Below, in pieces: positions 28,299 to 36,155 of a DNA stretch of 64,000 nt (positions are counted from its first letter, which is position 1; every line of letters begins with the position of its first letter). The position numbers and the translations under genes are program-made. The notes under the pieces are model-generated. The model saw nothing but the letters and a program-made list of their open reading frames with translations. It searched no databases and was not told where the DNA came from. This stretch comes from an uncultured Eubacteriales bacterium (GTDB taxonomy: Bacteria > Bacillota > Clostridia > Christensenellales > Aristaeellaceae): assembly GCA_902778055.1 (NCBI GenBank), contig CACYWL010000018.1, forward strand, positions 1,668-65,667, read 5' to 3'.

Positions 28299-29186
28299 AT
28301 GAAGGAATACAGCAGTCTCCCGGCCTTTGAAACCATGGAGAAAAGCCCGCAGGGGTATGAAGCCCACTGTCTGCACAGCGAGCACATGGAGGTCTCCCAG
28401 TACCACTGCCACGACTATTTTGAATTCTACCTGCATCTGCACGGCGGCCAGTTCATGGGCGTGGACAATCATCTGTACGCCCTGCGCCCGAATCAGGTTT
28501 TTATTCTTCCGCCCTTCTTCATGCACGGGCTGAACTGCCGGGAGGAAATGCAAAACTACGATCGGGCCTTCCTGAACATTTCCCCGGAAGTGCTTCAGCG
28601 TCTCGGCTGCGGCCAGATCGATCTGGTCTCCTACTTCCGTTCCAACGCCTCCGCCGGCCGCTATACCTATCAGCTGAGCGGCGAGGCCGCCGGCCGGTTC
28701 GTCTCCTGTCTCCGGCAGATCCAGGAGCAAAGCCGGATGCCCTCGGATCAGTTCAGCCGTTTCAGGGACTGCTCCCGGATGATGGAGGCGCTTCAGCTGA
28801 TCTGCGATGCCATGGGGGAGGCGCCGCCCGTGGAAAGCGAGCGTCTGACCAACAGCCTGATTCAGGATGTGCTGCTGTATATCAACACCCATTACACGGA
28901 GCCCATCAACGTTTCCGGTCTCGCCCGGATGTTCAACGTCAGCTCCTCCTATCTTTCCCACGAGTTTTCCCGCTTTACGAACCGCAGCGTTTATGAATAC
29001 GTGATCTACCGCCGGATCATGCTTTCCCGTCAGCGGATGCTGGGAGAGGAAAGCCTGAACACCATTGCCTTCCAGTGCGGCTTCAACGATTATTCCAATT
29101 TTCTGCGTTCCTTCAGCCATATTGTCGGGATGTCGCCCCGGGCCTACCGGAACCAGCTCCGGGATCTTCACGGCCGGGAGGCCTGA
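28299..29186 (+). CDS. AraC-family transcriptional regulator (cupin + HTH)
   Basis: This is the last 295 aa of track ORF 27099..29186, starting MKEYSSLP with an AAAGGAG SD. The C-terminal AraC HTH is IAFQCGFNDYSNFLRSFSHIVGMSPRAYR. Confidence 0.85.
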   Translation: MKEYSSLPAFETMEKSPQGYEAHCLHSEHMEVSQYHCHDYFEFYLHLHGGQFMGVDNHLYALRPNQVFILPPFFMHGLNCREEMQNYDRAFLNISPEVLQRLGCGQIDLVSYFRSNASAGRYTYQLSGEAAGRFVSCLRQIQEQSRMPSDQFSRFRDCSRMMEALQLICDAMGEAPPVESERLTNSLIQDVLLYINTHYTEPINVSGLARMFNVSSSYLSHEFSRFTNRSVYEYVIYRRIMLSRQRMLGEESLNTIAFQCGFNDYSNFLRSFSHIVGMSPRAYRNQLRDLHGREA

Positions 29187-29226
29187 AAAGAATCCTTCTT
29201 CCCCCCGAAAAAAAGCAGTTTTTTAA

Positions 29227-29256
29227 AACAGGGCGCCGGATGGCCGGCGCCCTGTT
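29227..29256. terminator. bidirectional terminator between the AraC gene and the ABC binding-protein gene
   Basis: aacagggcgccgg-atgg-ccggcgccctgtt is flanked by A-runs upstream and T-rich sequence downstream. Confidence 0.7.
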
Positions 29257-29288
29257 CCGTTCGTTTGTTCCTTTTGTTTTGCTTCAGA

Positions 29289-30881
29289 TTACAGGTTTCC
29301 CGGGTACACGCCGCGATAGTTGCCGTCCTTGTAGGCCTGACGGAATTCGTCGATCATCTGCTGCGCGCCGCTGTTCAGGATATCCTGCAGGCCCGCGTCG
29401 TAGACTTCGTCGAACTTCTCCGGATCCGCGCTGACCACGTCGGCCAGGAACTTGCCCTGGGCGCTCTTCACGGTCGCGCCGAAGTCGGTCTCCGCCTGGA
29501 TGGACACGGTGAAGCTGATCTGCGTCCAGGCATCGGTCAGAGCATCCTCGTAGGAGGCGACCACATCGTCCTCATAGCCGGCGAAGGGCAGGGCCAGAGC
29601 CGCGTTGTTCTTCGCATCGTCGCCGTAGCACAGGCCGTTGGAGATGAAGCAGATGTCTCCGGCATGCATCTTGTTCTCATTGGGGACATCGTCCGCGCTC
29701 TTCACGCCGTAGGGAATGCCGTCCTCGGTCAGGCCGGTGTAGTTGATGCCCTCCAGGCCGTTCTGCATCATGAACATGTTTTCCGGCTGAGCCATCCAGT
29801 CCATGTACTTGATCGCGGCGATGGCGGTCTTCTCATCGGTGGTCAGCGGGATGATGATGCTCAGGCCGGCAGGCGCATAGATGTCATGCAGGGTCTTGCC
29901 GCCCAGGCTCTCGTTCTTGAAGGGGTTCACGGTCACCCAGTGAGCGCCTTCCACGTTCTTTTCCATTTCGATTTCGTAGTTCTTGTCCGTCCGCCAGGGC
30001 TGATCGGGCTGCTGGGAGAAGAAGCCGTTGTAGCCCATGATCAGGGCGGTGTCGTTCGCCTGATCATTGTCGGTCAGGGCGAAGGTGTCCGGGATGATCC
30101 CCTCATGATACAGGGTGTTCAGCCAGCGGAAGCCTTCCTTCGAGCCGGGCAGCATCTCGGGGTTCCGGGCATAGGCGAACCAGTCTTCCTCGGAAACCTG
30201 GGAGAAATCCACCCAGGCATCGGTGAACCGGCGCACGTTGTACAGCGGATCCGGCGCATAGATGCCGAAGGCGAAGGGCGTCGTGGTGGTGCCGCCCAGG
30301 TTGGCCGCCTTGGCGTCCCGCAGATACTTGGTGAACTCTTCGATGTTGGTGGGCTTCTCCATGTTCAGCGCCTTCAGCCAGTCTTCCCGGATGAAGTTGC
30401 CCACGTTGGCGCGGGAGATCCGGCGGGCGGGAATGTACCACTGTTCCTTCACGCCGTCGCCGTCATGATCGCTCTGGCCGTAGCCCAGCAGCTCTTCGCC
30501 GAGGAAGGCCTTCAGGTTGGGGCCGTATTCGTTCAGCAGATCGTCCAGCTGCCAGATGCCTTCATCGTCAATCGCCTGCTGAACCAGGCCGCCGTTGTAG
30601 GTCAGGCAGATGTCCGGGGCGGTGCCGCCGGCCAGAGCCACCGTCAGCAGATCGCCTTCCGTCCAGCGGGCGTAGGAGACGAACTCCAGCTTGATGTGAT
30701 TCGGATCGCCGAAATGCTCCTGAGCATAATGGAGCTGCCAGCAGTTGGTCACATCCAGACCGGCAATCTCGCGGTCATAGGTCTCCACACGCAGGGTAAT
30801 CCAGTCGTCCTCCGCAAAAGCGGAGCCTGCCAGCCCCAGCAGCAGCGCCAGGGAAAGCAGAATAGCCAGTGCCTTCTTCAT
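29289..30881 (-). CDS. extracellular solute-binding protein of a carbohydrate ABC transporter (large LplA/YtcQ-like type)
   Basis: 530 aa with signal peptide MKKALAILLSLALLLGLAGSAFA. Its size and composition are typical of family-1 sugar-binding proteins paired with LplB/LplC-type permeases. Confidence 0.75.
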   Translation of the reverse strand: MKKALAILLSLALLLGLAGSAFAEDDWITLRVETYDREIAGLDVTNCWQLHYAQEHFGDPNHIKLEFVSYARWTEGDLLTVALAGGTAPDICLTYNGGLVQQAIDDEGIWQLDDLLNEYGPNLKAFLGEELLGYGQSDHDGDGVKEQWYIPARRISRANVGNFIREDWLKALNMEKPTNIEEFTKYLRDAKAANLGGTTTTPFAFGIYAPDPLYNVRRFTDAWVDFSQVSEEDWFAYARNPEMLPGSKEGFRWLNTLYHEGIIPDTFALTDNDQANDTALIMGYNGFFSQQPDQPWRTDKNYEIEMEKNVEGAHWVTVNPFKNESLGGKTLHDIYAPAGLSIIIPLTTDEKTAIAAIKYMDWMAQPENMFMMQNGLEGINYTGLTEDGIPYGVKSADDVPNENKMHAGDICFISNGLCYGDDAKNNAALALPFAGYEDDVVASYEDALTDAWTQISFTVSIQAETDFGATVKSAQGKFLADVVSADPEKFDEVYDAGLQDILNSGAQQMIDEFRQAYKDGNYRGVYPGNL

Positions 30882-31036
30882 GATGGGAATCCTCCTTGTT
30901 TATTTCGTCGCGGAATTCCTTCCGCGCGGGAAACGGATATCGTGGCATGATCCGCTCTCCCCCGCGCCGCGGGGCGGATCATGCCTTGCCCGGTCGCAAA
31001 CACAGTCGCGTCCGCACGCCGTGCGGCAGACTTCCT

Positions 31037-31951
31037 TTACCCTTTGACGGCGCCGATGGTGACGCCGGCGACAAAGTACCGCTGTACGAAGGGATAGACA
31101 ACCAGGATGGGCAGCGTGGCAAAGATAATGGTCGCAGGCTCGATGGATTCCGACACGCTGGTCGCCACCGTCGAAGCGCCGCCCTCCATGGCGGCCACGT
31201 CCACCGCCTGGGAGCCCTTGATAATGTGGTAAAGCTTCAGCTGAAGGGGCTGGAACGCCTTGGTGCTGATATAGTACAGGGCGTCCTGGAAGCTGTTCCA
31301 CTTGCCGACGGCATAGAACAGCGTCAGCGTCGCGAGGGAGGCCATGGACAGGGGCAGATAAACCCGCAGCAGCACCTGGAAATCCGTGGCTCCGTCAATG
31401 ATCGCCGCCTCCTCGAGCTCGTTGGGCAGCGCGGAGAAGAAACTCTTCAGGATGATCATGTTGTAGGTGCTCAGCATGCCGGGCAGAATCAGCGCCCAGG
31501 GGCTGTCCAGCAGGCCCAGCTCCTTGATGTTCAGGTAGATCGGAATGGTTCCGCCGGAAAAGTACATGGTGAAGAGCGCCAGGAAGTTGAAGAACTTCCG
31601 TCCGTGCAGCCGCTTCTTGGTCAGCGGATAGGCCATCAGGATCGTCAGGATCATGGAGAACAGGGTGTACCCCACCGTGATCTCCACCGTGAAAACCAGG
31701 CTGTGTATCATGCTGGGGTCCGAGAAAATCGCGGAATACGCGGTCGTCTCAAACTCCACCGGCCAGAAGGAAACGTCTCCGCGGAGAATGGCGGACTTGG
31801 AACTGAAGGAAACCGCCGCCACGTTGACGAAGGGAAGCAGGCAGGTCAGGCTGAACAGCAGGATCACCAGCATCAGGATCACCTGAGGCAGCGTCCAGAC
31901 CTTCGGCTTGCTTTCGATCAGCTTGTCTTTTTTCGGAGAGATTGCCGTCAT
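31037..31951 (-). CDS. carbohydrate ABC transporter permease (LplC/YtcP-like)
   Basis: 304 aa with 6 TM helices. It has the EAA-type loop region (LPNELEEAAIIDGATDFQVLLRVYLPL). Confidence 0.85.
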   Translation of the reverse strand: MTAISPKKDKLIESKPKVWTLPQVILMLVILLFSLTCLLPFVNVAAVSFSSKSAILRGDVSFWPVEFETTAYSAIFSDPSMIHSLVFTVEITVGYTLFSMILTILMAYPLTKKRLHGRKFFNFLALFTMYFSGGTIPIYLNIKELGLLDSPWALILPGMLSTYNMIILKSFFSALPNELEEAAIIDGATDFQVLLRVYLPLSMASLATLTLFYAVGKWNSFQDALYYISTKAFQPLQLKLYHIIKGSQAVDVAAMEGGASTVATSVSESIEPATIIFATLPILVVYPFVQRYFVAGVTIGAVKG

Positions 31952-31965
31952 CTTTCGCCCCTCCT

Positions 31966-32901
31966 TTACCAGATACCCTCTTCACCAAGCTTCCTGGTGA
32001 TAAGGTTCGCGCCTGTAATCAGAATCATGCCGACCACGGACTGGAAGAGCCCGATGGCGGTCGCCCGGGCGAACTGGGAATTGGTGATGCCGGCGCGGTA
32101 CACGAAGGTGGACAGCACGTCGCAGTAGTTCTGCACCATCGGATTGCCCAGAACATACGGCCGGTCAAAGCTGATGTTCATCATCTGGCCCACGTTCAGG
32201 ATCAGCAGCACCACGATCGTGGGCCGGATTCCCGGCAGCGTCACGTGCCAGATCTGCTGCATCTTGTTGGCCCCGTCGATCTTGGCCGCCTCGAACAGCT
32301 CCATATTGATTCCCGTGATGGCGGAGAGATACAGGATGGTTCCCCAGCCCATGCTCTGCCAGACACCCACCAGCGTGTAGGTGAACTGCCAGTGCGGGCC
32401 GTCGGTCAGGAAGGGAATCCCCTTGTCGATCCATCCCCATTTCAGGAGTGTGGCATTGATGATTCCCGTGGAGGGGGAGAAGATCTGCAGCACCATGCCG
32501 CCGATGATGATCCAGCTCAGAAAATGGGGCAGGTAGAGCAGCGTCTGGGAAACCTTCTTGAAGGGAACGCTGTGAAGCTCGTTGAGCATGATGGCCAGCA
32601 CAATCGGCACGGGAAATCCGGCGATCAGCCCCATCAGGTTCAGAAACAGCGTGTTCCTCAGCGCCACGGGGAAATCGGGCATGTTCATCACAAAGCGGAA
32701 GTTCTCCAGCCCGATGAACTTGCTCCCCCACATGCCCTTGAACATGTTGAACTTCTGGAAAGCAATCATAAGCCCAAGCATGGGCTTGTAGCAAAAGATG
32801 AGATAGAAGGCCACGGGCAGGATCAGCATAACATACAGGCGCCAGTCCCTCCTGATCCAGCTCAGTCCGCGCGGCTTTTTGACCCGGGTTTCCCCGCTCA
32901 T
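31966..32901 (-). CDS. carbohydrate ABC transporter permease (LplB/YteP-like)
   Basis: 311 aa with 6 TM helices. It has the EAA loop (MELFEAAKIDGANKMQQIWHVTLPGI). Confidence 0.85.
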   Translation of the reverse strand: MSGETRVKKPRGLSWIRRDWRLYVMLILPVAFYLIFCYKPMLGLMIAFQKFNMFKGMWGSKFIGLENFRFVMNMPDFPVALRNTLFLNLMGLIAGFPVPIVLAIMLNELHSVPFKKVSQTLLYLPHFLSWIIIGGMVLQIFSPSTGIINATLLKWGWIDKGIPFLTDGPHWQFTYTLVGVWQSMGWGTILYLSAITGINMELFEAAKIDGANKMQQIWHVTLPGIRPTIVVLLILNVGQMMNISFDRPYVLGNPMVQNYCDVLSTFVYRAGITNSQFARATAIGLFQSVVGMILITGANLITRKLGEEGIW

Positions 32902-33147
32902 GGCGCTTCCTCCCTCCGTCCGAATGTATAATATGGAAAGCGATTAACCATTTCATGCCATGGATATTATATCGGGCTTTTTCAGCCCATTCCATGCAAA
33001 TAATGCATAAAAATATGTAAAATTTGTTCATGCAGGGTGCTTTGGACTGCCTTTTCGGCGCTGAGGCAGGCTGAAGCCGCTCCCTCACATCCCGGAAAAA
33101 ATAGCATCCGGTGAGCAGAACCGAATCGGTTTTTCTTCTTTTGCTTC

Positions 33148-33188
33148 CGGAAAAGCGGAAGGACACCGGATTTCCCCGGTGTCCTTCC
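33148..33188 (-). terminator. rho-independent terminator after the third Gfo/Idh/MocA gene
   Basis: A 13-bp stem (ggaaggacaccgg/ccggtgtccttcc) begins 5 nt after the stop and is followed on the minus strand by CGCTTTTCC. Confidence 0.6.
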
Positions 33189-33192
33189 CGAA

Positions 33193-34377
33193 TTACCATC
33201 TGGTCTGCCAGCGCTCGGCGTATTCTCCCGTGACCTCTTTTCCCAGGCCGGAGGCGGAATCCCTTCGCCTGGAGGAAAGCTGACGTTCGGCCAGCAGCCG
33301 GTTGAAGCGTTCCTCGTCGGCCGGAAGGGCAACCGTCCGGCTGCCTTCCCAGGCGGACAGGTACGCCGCGTTGGACAGCATCAGCTCGAAGAGCCCGTCC
33401 TCCGCCGGGGACAGCAGCTCCGCACCGTGCAGCACCGCGTCCGCAAAGTTCCGCAGGATCCCCGCGTGGCCGCTTCCCTGCGTATCCGGCGTCCATTCCT
33501 CATAGTCCAGAGGAAGATGGGGCATGCTCTCTCCGGATTCGAACCGGGCCCTGGCCTCATCCTCCTTCAGCCGCCAGAATTTCAGTTTTCCCTCCTCCAG
33601 CACAATTTTCCCCCGGGTCCCGCTGATCTCCAGCCTGTTGGTCCCGGGAGATTCCCCGGTGGAGGTGATGAAGGCGCCCGTCGCCCCGCCCGGATAGCGG
33701 ACAAAGATCGTCGCCTCGTCCTCCACCTCAATGTGATGGTATTTCGCCACGTCGCACCAGGCCGTCAGCTCCGAGGGCATCCCGCAGATCCACTGCCACA
33801 GGTCCAGATTGTGCGGCGCCTGATTCAGCAGGACGCCGCCGCCCTCGCCGCTCCAGGTGGCCCGCCAGTCCCCGCTGTCGTAATAGTGCTGCGTCCGGTA
33901 CCAGTTGGTGATGATCCAGACGCTCCGCTTCAGATCTCCCAGCTGCCCGCCCCGGACAATCTGCCGGGCCCGCTGAAAAATGGGATTGGTGCGCTGGTTC
34001 AGCATCACCGCAAAAACCCGTCCTGTTTCCTTTCCCGCCGCGACCGCCTTCCGCGCGTCGGAAACCCGGATGTCCAGCGGTTTTTCCGACAGCACGTGGA
34101 GTCCCGCCCGCAGGGCTTCGTCCGCAATCCGGCTGTGCAGCGGATGCGGCACAGCGATCACCGCGGCGTCCGCCGCGTTCCCGGCCAGCAGCTCCCGCCA
34201 GTCCGCAAAACGCCTGACCCCGGGGAACTCCCGTTCCGCCCATTCCAGCCGATCCTGCGCCAGGTCACAGACGGCGGAAAGAACCATTCCCGGAACCTTT
34301 CCCTCCGCGATGCAGCGCGCATGGGCGCTTCCCATGTGGCCGATTCCTATCACTGCCGTACGTATGTTTTCCGGCAT
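33193..34377 (-). CDS. Gfo/Idh/MocA-family oxidoreductase
   Basis: Track ORF trimmed to Met15 (MPENIRTAVIGIGHMGSAHA), which has a GGGAGGA SD. EKPL and the C-terminal alpha/beta domain are present. Confidence 0.8.
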   Translation of the reverse strand: MPENIRTAVIGIGHMGSAHARCIAEGKVPGMVLSAVCDLAQDRLEWAEREFPGVRRFADWRELLAGNAADAAVIAVPHPLHSRIADEALRAGLHVLSEKPLDIRVSDARKAVAAGKETGRVFAVMLNQRTNPIFQRARQIVRGGQLGDLKRSVWIITNWYRTQHYYDSGDWRATWSGEGGGVLLNQAPHNLDLWQWICGMPSELTAWCDVAKYHHIEVEDEATIFVRYPGGATGAFITSTGESPGTNRLEISGTRGKIVLEEGKLKFWRLKEDEARARFESGESMPHLPLDYEEWTPDTQGSGHAGILRNFADAVLHGAELLSPAEDGLFELMLSNAAYLSAWEGSRTVALPADEERFNRLLAERQLSSRRRDSASGLGKEVTGEYAERWQTRW

Positions 34378-34565
34378 CCGTCCGTCCTCCCGTCTTTTTC
34401 TTCCGAAGCCATTATACATGGAAACCTCCGAATTACAAGAACAAACTCCTTCGGAGAAAGCGGTGTTTTCTCCCCTTTCCAGGCCCGGGCGGAAGGCTTG
34501 CTTTTCCCCTGCCGGCGGGATACAATAGGCCTGTCTTAGATCGAAGCTGTACAGGAAAGGGAGGG

Positions 34566-35213
34566 ATGCCGCCCATGGACGAGCTGCTGCTGAAAAAGGC
34601 GCAGCGCGGGGATCCGGAGGCTTTTGAGCTGCTCATGGCGGATCTGGAATCTCTGGTCTGGCGCGTCTGCTGGCACTATACGGGCAACCGGGAGGACGCC
34701 TCCGACTGCGGTCAGGAGGCCATGATCAAAATCTGGCGCGGTCTGAGTTCCTTCCGCTTTGACTGTGCCTTTGAAACCTGGGTCTACCGGATTGCGGCCA
34801 ACTGCTCCCTGGATTTCCTGAGAAAGGCGGGCAGGATTCCCGAAACCCCGCTGGAGCCCATGAAGGAGGAAGGGTTTGATCCGCCGGATCCCTCTCCCGG
34901 CACCGAGGAGCAGGTGCTCCGGAAGGAGGAGTACGCCGGCCTCCGGGAGGCCGTTGCCTCCCTTCCGGAAGAGCAGCGGGACGCCCTGGTGCTGACCCAG
35001 CTGGAAGGAAAATCCTACGAGGAGGCCGCCCGGCTCCTCTCCGTCACGGAGGGGACGGTCAAAAGCCGGGTCAACCGGGCCCGGAGCCGCCTGAGGGAAT
35101 TCATCCGCCGGCGGGAGGAACTTTCTTCCTCCCCCCGCGTCCAAAGAAGTGAAGGCACGCAGGGATCCCGCGGGTCTTCGGAACAAAGAAAGGAAAGGAG
35201 GGGAAGGCTGTGA
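34566..35213 (+). CDS. ECF-type RNA polymerase sigma-70 factor
   Basis: Region 2 is FETWVYRIAANCSLDFLRK. Region 4 is ALVLTQLEGKSYEEAARLLSVTEGTVKSRVNRARSRL. An alternative start at 34575 (Met4) has better SD spacing. Confidence 0.85.
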   Translation: MPPMDELLLKKAQRGDPEAFELLMADLESLVWRVCWHYTGNREDASDCGQEAMIKIWRGLSSFRFDCAFETWVYRIAANCSLDFLRKAGRIPETPLEPMKEEGFDPPDPSPGTEEQVLRKEEYAGLREAVASLPEEQRDALVLTQLEGKSYEEAARLLSVTEGTVKSRVNRARSRLREFIRRREELSSSPRVQRSEGTQGSRGSSEQRKERRGRL

Positions 35214-36124
35214 CGGATCGGGAAATTCACAATTCGGATGCTGACCGGGCTGACCTTTCCCTTCAGGCGCAGCTGGATCAGATGGCGTCGGAGGTCCCCG
35301 AGATGCCGGAAAGCTTCCGGCAGGGATGGCGCGAGGCCGTCCGCGCGGAGGCGCGGGCCGCTTCCTCTTCCGGGAATTCCGTTTCCTCCGCCGGCTCCGT
35401 TGCCTCCCGGGTTTCCTCCGGAAGGCGCTGGTCCTGGCAGCGTTCCGTAAGCACGGCCGCCGTTCTTGCATTCCTGCTGGGCGGCGCGCTGCTGGGGCGG
35501 GATGCCGCCCGTCTGCAGGATATTCGGATCGGCTCCGAATCCTTGACGGAGGTCACCCCCCTGATTTCGGAGCAGGAGCTTTCCGGGCCCGGGGAGGATA
35601 TCGTTTCTCTCTCCGCGGCTCCGGTTTCCATAACCGCTTCCCTGAGGGAGGAAGCGCTGACGGCCTCCTCGGAGGCGGACGCGGGCTCCGGGAACACCGT
35701 GCCGGCCGCGGCGGACATGCCCCTTGATGCGGACAGCATTCAGGCGGCCGGCGCCGCGGGCGCTCCGCAGGATACCGCGGCGAGGCTGGAGACCCTGCCG
35801 GAGGCGGAGGCCGTCCTTTCGGAGGAAGCGGCCGCCCCGGAAACCGAAGAGGTCCTCCCGGAAGAGGATGCGGCCGCGTACGGGGCGGATTTTGCCGAAG
35901 CGGAAAAGAAGGCCGCAGGGCCGGAAAAAGAAGCTGTCTCCGCAGAGCAGGAAACCGCCGCGGAAGAGGAAAAAGCCGCCGCGGAGGAAGCTCCGGAACC
36001 TGCACAGGCTGCGGTTCAGGCTGCCGCCTCCCCGGGGATCCGCCCCCTGCGTCTTGCCGGCATTCTGCTCGTCTGTCTGGCCCTGGTACTGGCGGCCCTG
36101 CTGCTGATTTTCGGACGCCGCTGA
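35210..36124 (+). CDS. membrane protein translationally coupled to the ECF sigma gene (putative anti-sigma factor, non-ZAS)
   Basis: The GTG start overlaps the sigma-gene stop (GTGA). A TM helix lies about residues 84-100 (AAVLAFLLGGALLG). A long A/E/P-rich low-complexity region follows, with a second TM helix at the C-terminus. The function is assigned from position only. Confidence 0.5.
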   Translation: MTDREIHNSDADRADLSLQAQLDQMASEVPEMPESFRQGWREAVRAEARAASSSGNSVSSAGSVASRVSSGRRWSWQRSVSTAAVLAFLLGGALLGRDAARLQDIRIGSESLTEVTPLISEQELSGPGEDIVSLSAAPVSITASLREEALTASSEADAGSGNTVPAAADMPLDADSIQAAGAAGAPQDTAARLETLPEAEAVLSEEAAAPETEEVLPEEDAAAYGADFAEAEKKAAGPEKEAVSAEQETAAEEEKAAAEEAPEPAQAAVQAAASPGIRPLRLAGILLVCLALVLAALLLIFGRR

Positions 36125-36155
36125 GCAAATCCTTCGCATCAAAAAAGGAGCGGCC

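Noticed and set aside
27000-29171. A single 723-aa ORF spanning the Gfo/Idh/MocA gene and the whole AraC gene region.
   Set aside because: Only the C-terminal 393 aa, from MIRVAVIGTGN with its own SD, has family similarity. The upstream 330 codons are the codon-aligned antisense of the AraC gene and begin with GTG.
32902-33192. A 290-nt AT-rich intergenic region with three ATGCA-containing motifs, and spurious ORFs 32165..33496 and 32982..33332. It was considered as a small gene, an sRNA or an AraC operator cluster.
   Set aside because: No ORF has an SD or plausible composition. The region is explained by a terminator (33148-33188) followed by the AT-rich promoter region of the permease operon. 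The ATGCA repeats are too short and irregular to call as operators without comparative data.
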